DNA from: Octopus vulgaris
Lineage: Eukaryota
DNA: 64,000 nt
Assembly (NCBI GenBank): GCA_951406725.2
Contig: OX597814.1
Location: 158,596,001-158,660,000, forward strand
Direction: 5' to 3'
Below are positions 1 to 12,265 of this stretch, one piece after another (the first letter of the stretch is position 1; each line of letters starts with the position of its first letter). Both the position numbers and the translations under genes were made by a program. A model generated the notes under the pieces. It worked only from the letters and a program-made list of their open reading frames with translations. It did no database searches and was not told the DNA's origin.

Positions 1-1249
1 GCTATAAGGTTAATGTGACAGAATGATAAGATGATGAAAACCAACAACAGATATGTCTATCCAACAAGAATAGCAAAAGTTGCTCTTTCCACCAATCGAT
101 ACAGGAAGCGACCAAAGTGGATTTACCAAGGTAAATGATAATCTAGCAAAGAAGTGCAGACTTATTTTTCCGGTTAGCATACACGCACTGACAAAGCACA
201 GAATATATTCCGACATACATTTTACATTCATTCTGTCAACGTCCCTCTCATGTTAGTATGATTTAATGTATTATTTTACACCTTTATACCTCCAGTGACG
301 TCAATTACGCTAGCTTGATAAAATGTATGTCATTGTTGGGAATTGGTGAAGTTTATCGATAAAATCACTAACATTGTAATAAGCAGAGACTTCAGAAATT
401 CTGATTAATTATATTTTCGAGAGATATTGTATGAAGAAACTATGAGTGCACTGAAATCGAATATCAACCGCTTGATGAAGAGGAACAAAAGCAGTGCGGA
501 AAAACGGAAAACCACTCCCTGAATATAAAAGATGAAATATCATGATGAACTCTGACATTCTAGAATCGGTCAAGCAACGATTAATGACTATGGAGCCGAA
601 AATCAACATACGTATACGCATTCATAGAGGTTAGATTAATCATATTGCATGTTACAGGAAAATGCATCCAAACATTAAAAAAGAAACAAAATGGTGCTCA
701 ATTGTTCCTTCCTTTAATTTTCTTAGAAAATATAAATCATATAAAGAAATTTCAATAATTTTGAATTTCCATGATAAATTACATAACTCCCATTGATTAT
801 TAAAGTTAACTGACGCCAATTTTATATATTCGAAATTATGGCAAGATATGTATGCTTGTGTGTCTTTGAGGCTGAGAGTGGGTATGTATGTGCGTATAAA
901 CAAGTACATTAAGATACTGTATGCGCATATATACATACACATACATTCGCGTGCATATGTGTGTATATCTCAGTATGTGTATGCGCGCGCGCGCGTGTGT
1001 GTGTGTGTGTGTAAACACACATTTATCCAGAGAATAATACAATCAAACTCTCACTTGATTTTTAATTATATTTTTTCAAACATCGTGAAATATTGACAAG
1101 GACGTCGAACTGTTATCTTTTGCAGCATAAAGTTCAATAGAATTTTGACATATACAGCACTACCAAAAGTTTGATTAATCGTGTGATGGCAGGAAACATG
1201 TGAGTTGTTATGGATGTGTGTGAGAGTAAATGCATGTGTATGCGTGCGT

Positions 1250-2123
1250 GTTATAATTTAACACACTCACTGGTAAAATTTCTGCTTATTTCTTTTTAAT
1301 TTTTCTAAAATAAAAAATAAATAAGTGTAAATTTATGCATGTGCGTGTATGTGTGTGTATGTGTGTGTATACCTCTGTTTCCTTGTGTGTGCACATCTGA
1401 GTGCATATCAGTGTGTGTGTGTGTGTTTGCAACTATGTACCGTGTTTCTATGTATGGATGTGCATCTCCATATGTGTGGACGTGTGTCTCCATATGTGTT
1501 CTTGGGTGAAGTAAAGTGTGTACTTATATATGGTCACGTGTTTCAGTCTTCATTTGTGTATGTATGCATGTGTGCTTGTCTATTCATATGACCTATGTAC
1601 CTATCCATCTGTATGTTGATCTGTTTACTTTCATATCCATATGCTTATATACATGTGCATATACATACACACACACACATATATATATACATACACACAC
1701 ACACACACACACACGCGCGCGTGCCTGCCCACAGACAAGTCTGGCAGACTGTCAATTGACAGCCTACAGAACTATGTCAAGACCATGAAACAACACATAA
1801 GTAGCATGAGAGAAGCTTCACCACAGGAACATGAAAGAGTGGAAAAACTCCTCAATGCACGCATAGGATTGTGGTGCAATATACCCCCATCCTACAAAAA
1901 GGACGGCACAACCTTTTCATAGGTTGGAGTATGTTGCACTACATTATCATGTGTGCATTGGGGAGTTTTTCCACTCTTTCATGTTCCTGTGGTGCAACTT
2001 CTCTCATGCTACTGATGTGTTGTTTCATGGTCTGGACATAGTTCTGTGGGCTGACAATTGACAGTCTGCCAGATTTGTCTGTAGGCAGACACGTGTGTGT
2101 GTGTGAGAGGGGGGTTATGTATG

Positions 2124-2178
<55 letters not shown>

Positions 2179-2846
2179 ATGTATGTATGTATGTTCACAT
2201 GTATATAAGCATATGGATATGAAAGTAAACAGATCAACATACAGACGAATAGGTACGTAGGTTATATGAACAGACAAGCACACATATGCACACATACACA
2301 AATGAAGACTGAAACACGTGAACATATATACACACACACTTTACTTCACACAAGGACACATACGGAGACACGTCCACACATATGAGGATGCACATCCATA
2401 CATACAAACATGGTAAATAGTTGCAAAACACACACGCACACTCAGATATGCACACACAAGGAAACAGAGGTACACACACACATATACATAAAAACACACA
2501 CGCATACACATACATAAAATCACACAAACACGGACACGCAAACACATGAATATGCAGAATACATACATTACAAACATACAAGTATACACATATACATACA
2601 TATATTCATATGCACACACACATACATACATACATGTGTGGGCACACACACACACACACATACACACTAACCCACACACATGCGCACAAACAATCAAAGA
2701 GGAAAGCTGTGTGAATAACGGACAGATTCAAAACTATTTAAAAGGTTGCAAGACGCAACGAAAATTTTAGAAAACTAAAAACAAAAAAGTGGTGAGTGTG
2801 TTAAATTATAAGGCACTAAAAGAGAATGATACTCCCCAGACACAAC
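1250..2846. mobile_element. Inverted pair of Penelope-like element remnants
   Basis: About 1330-1862 is mirrored by about 1950-2485, and 1250-1272 by 2790-2811. Both arms encode CLPTDKSGRLSI.S.QNYV.TMKQHI, like the DK motif upstream of PLE RTs. A hammerhead-like fold lies at 2734-2770. Confidence 0.6.
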
Positions 2847-2950
2847 AGAATATGCTTCAAAACACGAACTCACACAAAGAATCTTGCAAAACGAAATATA
2901 TATATATATATATATACATACATACAAAAATACATACATATTACATATGC

Positions 2951-2981
<31 letters not shown>

Positions 2982-3188
2982 TTATATATATATATATATA
3001 TATACATAGGTACATTTACATGTATGATGCATATACGTATAATGCATTTACATATATGTGTATATATTGACAAGCATACATCCACTCGCATACTTTGGAT
3101 ATATGTCTGTATATATGTATATATGTATATATATGTATATATATATCTATATATCTATCTATCTATCTATATATATATATATATATAT

Positions 3189-4285
3189 ATAACATAAGGG
3201 ACTAAAGCCATCTGAATATGGCTAGGGACAGGGCAGGGTGGTGGGGGTGTTACTGTTGCATTTAGCCCCAGGCGAACATCGACGTCACCAGAAAGGCTCG
3301 ACACCGTCACGGTGTCCTTATCCTGCAAAGGGAGGTAATTCCCCGATGAAGCGGAAACCACACACGGACCATGGTTTCAAGGTGTATTGCCTATCGTCGG
3401 CGTGTTGTAGGCTTCCGCTTCCTCGACGAATTCTCACTCTGCAGGATATTCATATATAGATTTTCAAGCAAAATACATTTGCTGATTTCGAAAATCTGTT
3501 CGAAAGCAATAATAATTCTCTAAAAGAGATATAGACAGTAACTGCTCGATAACATAAGGGACTAAAGCCATCTGAATATGGCTAGGGACAGGGCAGGGTG
3601 GTGGGGGTGTTACTGTTGCATTTAGCCCCAGGCGAACATCGACGTCACCAGAAAGGCTCGACACCGTCACGGTGTCCTTATCCTGCAAAGGGAGGTAATT
3701 CCCCGATGAAGCGGAAACCACACACGGACCATGGTTTCAAGGTGTATTGCCTATCGTCGGCGTGTGGTAGGCTTCCGCTTCCTCGACGAATTCTCACTCT
3801 GCAGGATATTCATATATAGATTTTCAAGCAAAATACATTTGCTGATTTCGAAAATCTGTTCGAAAGTTAGTCCCTTATGTTATCGAGCAGTTACTGTCTA
3901 TATCTCTTTTAGAGAATTATTATTGCTTTCGAACAGATTTTCGAAATCAGCAAATGTATTTTGCTTGAAAATCTATATATGAATATCCTGCAGAGTGAGA
4001 ATTCGTCGAGGAAGCGGAAGCCTACCACACGCCGACGATAGGCAATACACCTTGAAACCATGGTCCGTGTGTGGTTTCCGCTTCATCGGGGAATTACCTC
4101 CCTTTGCAGGATAAGGACACCGTGACGGTGTCGAGCCTTTCTGGTGACGTCGATGTTCGCCTGGGGCTAAATGCAACAGTAACACCCCCACCACCCTGCC
4201 CTGTCCCTAGCCATATTCAGATGGCTTTAGTCCCTTATGTTATCGAGCAGTTACTGTCTATATCTCTTTTAGAGAATTATTATTG

Positions 4286-4287
<2 letters not shown>
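3189..4287. repeat. 360-bp unit array: 678 bp direct (1.9 units) plus 421 bp inverted, embedded in (TA)n
   Basis: Lines 3241 and 3601 are identical (period 360); one substitution seen (3406 T vs 3766 G); reverse complement runs 3867-4287. Confidence 0.97.
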
Positions 4288-4341
<54 letters not shown>

Positions 4342-5177
4342 TTTATTTAAAAGCAGCAGAAATTCAACAAAACCTGTTAGTTGGAGTTTCACGTTCCCGC
4401 TGAGTAAACTTTTATTTGTGTGTGTGTATATTATATGTATATGTGTGTTGTATGTGTGTGTGTGTGTGTGGTGTATGTGTGTGTGGTGTGTGTGTGTGTG
4501 ATGTGTGTGTGTGTGTGGTATGTATATGTATGATGTGTATATGTATATATATATATATGTAGTGTGTATGTATGGCCCGCACACACGCGTAGACACATTT
4601 ATGCATGTATATACACACACAAAGACGCGTGCACCCACACCGTGTGTACGCACACACACAAGCACATACTTAATACCAACACACGCAAAACGCGTATACA
4701 CGCATGCCACACGAATACACCCAACAGACATGGACACACATGCGAACAAACACATACACACTAACGCGCACGCAACACACTAATAAACATTAACCACACA
4801 CATACACACATACACACACAAACGGGCACACATATACACACACCATCCTACCCCAAAAAATTCTTTAAATAACACACATCTATTTACACCACCCTGGAAC
4901 CAATCAAAAACAGCCCCCCCACACACACACACAAACACATGTATACATATATATGCAGACACATAAGGAGACACACACACTCTCACCAATCTCACCTCCA
5001 TACAGACACACATATACACATGCAGCACCATGCCAAATGCCATTCACACACATACATACATACACACACACACACAACACCAAGACAACCACACACGCGG
5101 TTGACAAACGGACACACCATCCTACCAGATCTTACAGACACTCAGACACATCTATTCACACCACATATGTATGTATG

Positions 5178-5217
<40 letters not shown>

Positions 5218-5230
5218 GACACATACACTC
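4288..5230. repeat. (TA)n/(TG)n/(CA)n low-complexity block
   Basis: Seen directly; TG-rich 4420-4570 switches to CA-rich 4580-5230. Confidence 0.9.
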
Positions 5231-5803
5231 ACCCCATTCTGACCCCAAAATCATTGATGCTTGAAGGAGAGACAAAAAAAGAAAAAGGGTAAATTCTTTT
5301 CAGTTCCACTTCTCCTCCTAAAACGGACAGGTCAGTTTTAGCTTCACCACTATTATAATGTAAATCTTTTTGAACTCATAATATTCTGTACGTGTATACT
5401 GGACTTTTTTAATAATTCCTCCTGGAAATTATCTTGAGATGTATAATATATTTGTTGTAATCTTTTGTGCCCATTATTTCAATGAGCTTGTTAAACTTTT
5501 TTTATATTCTCAACATACTCTTGTCACCAAAGAATGTATATTTATATGGATTATAGTACTGTGTCAACCAATATTCTGTGCATGTTTGAATATACAGATA
5601 CAATACCAATATCAATTCCTTCTGGAAACTATCTTAAGCATGTCCTTGAGAACGATTATTTATGTAGTGATCTTTTGTGCCCAATATTTTAAGGAACTTG
5701 TTGAACTTTTTTATGTCCTTAACATGTCCCTGTTACCAAAGACTATATATGTAATGTAGCAATTTGCAACAACCAATAATTAACGCAACCAAACTTCTAC
5801 ATG

Positions 5804-5848
5804 TTACTTTTGACAATCTTTTTCCAAAGAGTGAAACCGGTAAAGTAA
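5804..5848 (+). ncRNA. Minimal type I hammerhead-like motif, U3-A8 core
   Basis: TTACTT-TTGACAA-TCTTT(ttcc)AAAGA-gt-GAAA-CCG-GTA-AAGTAA: 6-bp stem I, palindromic stem III; base of stem II irregular. Confidence 0.55.
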
Positions 5849-5887
5849 ATAAACATCTTTTAAATTGCATTTTCAAACCTTCTTTCG

Positions 5888-5949
<62 letters not shown>

Positions 5950-6254
5950 TACATATATACATATATATTTAAACAAGTTTAACTTTTTCAAATAAGGACT
6001 AAATAATTTTATATACTTGTGTGTATGGAAAAATATAAAAATACGTTTTCACATAATAAATGCTTCCATATTATAGTTTAGCTAAAAATATGTAATCATA
6101 GGGTAAGACTGACATATATAACACAAGTAAAAAAGCGGGAAGGGAAAAAAGAATCACATATTTCTTCGAGTCTTTTATATAAAAATAGCTTTTAGTGTAT
6201 ACAGTATTTTTGTGTGTTGCGGCTGAGAGGTTTTATAATACGAGAAAAGAAAAC

Positions 6255-6289
<35 letters not shown>

Positions 6290-7254
6290 AAATAGATGTA
6301 TAGATAGATGGATATATAGATGGAAAAAGTGAGCTTCAAACAATCCGTAGAAAATATAAAAAGCAACTTCCAGGAACAATAATGCTTTATTGGTGCGAAA
6401 GGTAGTAGAGTTTTTCCAAATCGAAGTACGATAAGCTGAAAGAAAATTTATAAAGTTCATGGTTGGCAATCAAGATTGCCGGGTTTGCGAATAAAAATCC
6501 AAAAGTTAAGGAATGAAACAGATAAAATCCCGGCTACATATGTTTCATAGCGAGTGGAACCTCGGAAGTAGTAATTATCCAAGCGAAGTGTATACCGCAG
6601 GCTACACTTCAGCCCAAGGGTATCTTAAAATTTACTTTGTCGTTAGGAGGCCCATGTTAACACACGGAGGATTCGATCAGAAAGCACAGTTTGACTGGAA
6701 AATATAACTGTGAAGTGAAATTAGGTATATAAGAAAAAAAAAAAAAAAAGAAAATATACTAGGGAGTGGAAAATTTCACAAATAAAAAAATTTAAACGGG
6801 GTCATTTATATATATATATATATATGCTAATTTTCTCCTAAAGCCTCTACAGAAGCCCTGTAAGTGAACTTTGGTAAACTGAAATTGTGTGAAACAGTCT
6901 GTAAAACTTGTTTTGTATTTGGGTTGAGTGTCGGTTTAAGTCACCTGATCTAACACATTTCTTTCTGGTTCCTGAGTGCCTTTGGTGAACATCTATCCAG
7001 TGCCAGTTTCCCCGGCAGGTCGCCAGTCTGAAAGAACTTTCTATATTCATTCCACCAGTCTCAGAGTTTCTGAAAAAATGTCATGAGTGTCACGATTTAT
7101 CCAGCCAAATCATAAAAATATAAAATGTAACTAGCTGACTAAGAAATTCATAAATGAAATAGGCAAGTTGAATAATATTTATACTTAATATAAATGATTG
7201 CAGGTGAAAGTCTTCAATTGATATATTGATTTTAGTATAGTAAAATTTATTTCA

Positions 7255-7645
7255 GGCGCAGGAGTGGCTGTGTGGTAAGTAGTTTGCTTGCCAACCACAT
7301 GGTTCCGGGTTCAGTTCTACTGCGTAGCACCTTAGGCAAGTGTCTTCTACTATAGCCTCGGGCCGACTAAAGCCTTATGAGTGGATTTGGTAGACGGAAA
7401 CTGAAAGAAGCCCGTCGTATGTATGTGCGTGTATGTGTGTTTGTGTATCTGTGATTGTCCCCTCAACATCGCTTGACAACCGATGCAGGTATGTTTACGT
7501 CCTCGTCACTTAGCGGTTCGGCAAGAGACCGATAGAATAAGTACTAGGCTTACAAAGAATAAGTCCTGGGGTCGATTTGCTCGACTAAATGCGGTGCTCC
7601 AGCATGGCCGCAGTCAAATGACTGAAACAAATAAAAGAATAAAAG
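7255..7645 (+). mobile_element. tRNA-derived SINE family A, full length
   Basis: A-box-like TGGCTGTGTGG, B-box-like GGTTCAGTTC, internal (TG)n, tail ...gctccagcatggccgcagtcaaatgactgaaacaa; many copies in the window. Confidence 0.85.
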
Positions 7646-8025
7646 AAAAGAATAAAGGAAATGTTGTGTCGAAATCTATCACCATTAATTAAGATCTAAC
7701 GTAGAAGGTATTGATATGACACGTCACTCACTGAAAGCTGCGAGCAGCAGATATAATGAATATGGACAATCTGATATATAAAAGTATGGTTTAGTACGTA
7801 TTGTAAATGAATTCAATGCAGTATTTTTAAAAAAAGCATTTGAAAGCTTCAAAACAAGTCATAATCGTTAACAGCAGATATTTTAAAGTATGAAGGAAGT
7901 TATCTTCAAAATAGTGGAATGCTCGATTGATTTTAATAACTGAAGTATTTTATGTGACCCTAACAAAATATACTTATTAAATCAAATAGAAGAGATAACT
8001 AAATGTCGTTTGTACTTCATTTCAG

Positions 8026-8552
8026 GATCTTCTCCAAAACTGAGAGACTATGGTCGGAAACTATGTGCTGAAGAATGGGCAAGGTTTACTGGCCGTTATG
8101 ACTGCGCTGAAGCTATAGCTAAATTTACAAAAGCTAAACGGTTTGTCCTGAGAACTCGATTTCAAAATTCTCGGAACAAAAGCTGTAGTGAACCCGACCT
8201 ATCTTGTCAAGCTACACCAGAAACCAATGATGGTCACAGTAAAAATGTAGACAGCAACTCCGAACACCGAACTAGACAAAGTTGGTTCCGCAAGAAGTTT
8301 AAGAAGCTATTACATATTCAGCATGATATGTTTTCTCGCCATATTGGTTCAGAAATGGAATTAGGTGGGAGTCCCTTTCAGATGATCGCCAGATGCGTGT
8401 CAACACCTCTAATTCCTGGTGCCATCTCGCCGTCCGACTCACCACCTTCTATGCGTAAAAATAATGGTTCCGAAGGCATCAAGATTCCTCGAGTGGAAGT
8501 AACAACTGCAGATACAAACGTTTCAAAACAGATAGCTGAAGATCCTTCCTAA
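8026..8552 (+). CDS. Terminal coding exon of an ankyrin-repeat protein, ANKRD33B-like
   Basis: Acceptor ttcatttcAG|GA at 8025/8026, open to TAA at 8550-8552. Peptide GSSPKLRDYGRKLCAEEWARFTGRYDCAEAI resembles the last ankyrin repeat of ANKRD33/33B (RD..R...A.EWA..TGR, from recall), followed by a low-complexity tail. Upstream exons not found in the window. Confidence 0.7.
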
Positions 8553-9531
8553 ATTTTGAAACCAAGATAAAAAAAATATTCAAGGGATCAAAGATAATGT
8601 CTATCTCAAAATATTTCCGAAAAATGCCAAATCAATCCTTATTAAAATATATATATATATATATCTAAATGCACAGAGGTGTATATGATTATTTGGTTTA
8701 TAAATGTTAACACAATCACACATGAATGAAAAGTGTTTCTTTTTCGTTTTTTGACGAATTATTATTCAAATCATTGTAATATGGTTCCAAAATGGTTCTC
8801 GAATATTAGAGAAAAATGATATTTTCATAATATTTCCATCTTTAATTCTATATGTCTGTTGCTGGTAACAATAGATTCTGTTCACCCTCGTTCACTACAA
8901 ATTGCCTTAAAAGAGAATTGATATTCACTAAATGGTAATTATTGTCTTGTTTGGAACATGTCAGTAAATTTGTCAAATTAAGCATCTAACGTTCAGAAGG
9001 TTTTTAAAGCTGGCATATTTTTCTTAAAATAATTACGATTATCTTCCAAAACAGATCTTCACTTTCACATATCTAGATTTCTAACACTAAATAAAATAAG
9101 TAGCTCGTTTTTTTTTTGTTTTTTTTTTATTCTCATTAGTCACAAAATCTTAATAAATTCTGATTTCCTAATAAGTGTTGATACTTTTCTTTCCACTGAG
9201 TCTATTCAGCGATCCTCTAATGTTTCTAATACAAATATTTTACTTTGATAATGCATTTGAGAAAGATGCAGATGTTAATAGCCTTCATTTTCTTCCACAT
9301 AAATCCTGTTTTTATAGCTACCAAAGAATGCAGCAAAAGACCATTTCATTAAATCCATTCTAAATACTAGTGGTCTCATAGCAGCATTGTGTGAAACAGA
9401 CAAATATAAGGAAAAACTGATGAATCAAATTTTCTGGGTTTTTTTCCAAAATTTACTTTACCATTTCGAGAAATTACTCCATGATTTACACTACAATTTT
9501 CATTTATACTGTTGTTGTTGTTATTATTATT

Positions 9532-9563
<32 letters not shown>

Positions 9564-9581
9564 TATTCTTATCGTTATTAA

Positions 9582-9790
9582 TGCGGCGAACTGGCAGAAT
9601 CGTTAGCACGCTTAGCGGACAAAATGCTTAGTGGTATTTCTTACGTTCTGAGATCAAATTCCGCCGTGGTCGACTTTGCTTTCCATCCTTTCAGGGTCGA
9701 TAAATTAAGTATCAGTGAAACACTACAGTCGATGTAATTGACTAGTCCGCTCCCCTGAAATTTCAGAACTTGTGCCTAAAGTAGAAAGGA
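9582..9790 (+). mobile_element. SINE family B
   Basis: gcggcgaactggcagaatcgttagcac...caaattccgcc..gtcgactttgctttccatcctttcagggtcgataaattaagta; (ATT)n tail. Confidence 0.8.
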
Positions 9791-9794
9791 TTAC

Positions 9795-9842
<48 letters not shown>

Positions 9843-9929
9843 GTGAAAATTCACAGCTTATTTTGCTGGATATGATGGAAATTGTCAGCTATCCACAGCC
9901 AGCAGACTTAGTTAACACTTGTTTACTGG

Positions 9930-10250
9930 TCATGCTTCAAGAACCTTGCTAAGAATTCTTGCAGTTCCAAGCAATGCTGATTTTTGTAGGTGTTCTCCCT
10001 TCACACTTGCACCAATCTTTTTCAGCCATGCTGTTAGTTGAGTGTTGATACTTCCAAGCGCGCCAGTTACCATTAGTATCACGTCTACTCTCTTCATTGA
10101 CCACAACCTTCGTATTTCCCACTTCAAACCATCATAATTGTATACTTTTTCTTCGGCTTTCACATTGGTCCTATTGTAACCGGGGCATGCTATATCGATT
10201 AACATACAATGTCCGGTTTCCGATGTCTGGTCAGATGATCGCACTGGGCT
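9930..10250 (-). pseudogene. 3' fragment of an RLE-type (R4/Dong-like) non-LTR retrotransposon
   Basis: CMLIDIACP...EEKVYNY..LKWEIRRLW...VTGALG...LQKSALLGTARIL is the restriction-like endonuclease C-terminus. Confidence 0.8.
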
Positions 10251-10619
10251 TATAGATTTAATATTTTCCTATCCTTCCTTAATACCAGTTCCCATATGTT
10301 ATGCATATCTGCACTAGACCTGCCTCTTTTAGTTTCCGTATTTTCTAGTGGTGTTCTCTGTCTCAGAGGTGGTCTCCGTTTTCCATACAGGATCAGCTAT
10401 ACCCTATTTATCAATATCTCCTCGTGCCACACCTTTGCGATGTTCCTCTACCCTTATTTTGAGGGGGCGGCACGTTTCGCCTTTGTATAACCTACCACAG
10501 CTACATGGGATGGAGTACACAAGTCTTTGGTTACATTCCCTTCTATTGGTGATTTTACTCGAAGCAGATATTTGCGAAGTGTTGTATTACTCTTGATTAT
10601 TACTGTTATTATTATTATT

Positions 10620-10660
<41 letters not shown>

Positions 10661-10667
10661 TATTATA

Positions 10668-11433
10668 AAGGAGGTGAGCTGGCAGAATCATTAGCACGCT
10701 GGACAAAATGCTTTACGGCATTTCGCCCGGCACTACGTTCTGAGTTCAAATTCCGCCAAGGCCGGCTTTGCTTTCATCCTTTCGGGGTCGATAAATTGAG
10801 TTCATTTTTTATTTCCCAGAAGGAAACAACACAGAAAAGGATATACAGAAAATGGTCGATAAATTAAGTATCAATGAAACACTAGGACCAATGTAATCGA
10901 CTAGTCCCCTCCCCAAAATTTCAGGCCTTGGGCCTATTGTAGAAAGGATTAATATTATTATCATTATTATTATCAGTATGATAAAGACGGTTAGCTGGCA
11001 GAAACGTTAGCACGCCGGGCGAAATGCGTAGCCGTATTTCGTCTGCCGTTACGTTCTGAGTTCAAATTCCACCGAGGTCGGCTTTGCCTTTCATCCTTTC
11101 GGGGTCGATAAATTAAGTACCAGTTACGCATTAGGGGTCGATATAATCGACTTAATCCGTTTGTCTGTTCTTGTTTGTCTTCTCTATGTTTAGCCCCTTG
11201 TGGATAGTAAAGAAATAGGTATTTCGCCCGTCTCACCGATCTGAGTTCAAATTCCGCCGAGGTTGACTCTTCTTTCCATCATTTCGGGGTCGATAAAATA
11301 AGTACCAGTTGAACACTGAGGTAGATGTTATTGACTCATCCCCTCCCCCAAATGGCTGCCCCTGTGGAACAATTTGAAGCTATCATTATTATTATTACTA
11401 TTACTATTACTATTATTATTATAATTATTATTA

Positions 11434-11515
<82 letters not shown>

Positions 11516-11680
11516 TATTATTACTATTGACTGGGTGTAGTATTAGCGACATGGTATCTAGTTATGGCTCTGTACATTCTGAGTTCAAATCCTACCGCAG
11601 CTAATTTTGCCTCTCATTATTTCCAGGTCGATAAAATAAAGTACTAGTCAAGTACTGCGATCAGTTTTAGTTAACAAAAC
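10668..11680 (+). mobile_element. Cluster of nested/tandem SINE family B copies
   Basis: Core gagttcaaattccgccgaggtcgactttgcctttcatcctttcggggtcgataaa recurs at about 10742, 11058, 11243 and 11581, separated by (ATT)n. Confidence 0.8.
11383..11528. repeat. (ATT)n microsatellite
   Basis: Seen directly. Confidence 0.95.
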
Positions 11681-12234
11681 TCACCCCTTCAAATGTACTT
11701 GTATTTATCTTAGAATAAAGATTGTCTAATATTTTAGTAACACATTTTCGATAAACAAAGTAATAGTGATGGATTCGAATAATTTAATATTGCAATTAAC
11801 CATTTTCAAATAATGATCCGTCTGTTATGGGTTTTTTTCTTTCACAAGAACGCTAATCTAGTCCTAAAAATACCGCAATGAAGTTCAGTTAAAAACAGAA
11901 ACCGTAAAACCAACTTCTTAGTGAACAGCATCTTTGTGAAAGCATAAAACGGAATTCATTTTCGATGATTTATAAATAGCTGTCGTTTTCATTTTAAATG
12001 TTTCAGTATTAACCTGCAGTTACGCTGGAAGTCACGCCTTGAAGAATTTTAGTCGAATCTACTCCAGTACTTATTTGTTTTTTAAAGCCTGGTATTAATT
12101 CTATCATTTTTTATTTTGGGGGGTTTTTTTGCCCTACCGCAAAGTTACAGGGACATAAACACACCAAGACCGGTTGTCAAGCGTTGGTGAAGAGAACACA
12201 CACATACACACGCACGCACACACACATACATACA

Positions 12235-12265
<31 letters not shown>

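Noticed and set aside
652-3197. Many YI/HT/CV-rich ORFs
   Set aside because: Dinucleotide repeat artefacts.
3189-4287. CRISPR-like or prokaryotic array interpretation
   Set aside because: Units are identical over their whole length with no unique spacers; the context is eukaryotic with spliceosomal introns.
3167-4403. Repeated ORFs MVSASSGNYLP... and MVGVLLLHLAP... in the 360-bp array
   Set aside because: Short, non-ATG starts, overlapping on both strands, no domain resemblance; they recur only because the DNA is repeated.
6850-7075. Possible Tc1/mariner N-terminal remnant on - (WWNEYRKFFQTG)
   Set aside because: Too short and interrupted to call; no TIR identified.
7255-7330. tRNA gene
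   Set aside because: tRNA-like SINE head; no complete cloverleaf and it continues into the SINE body.
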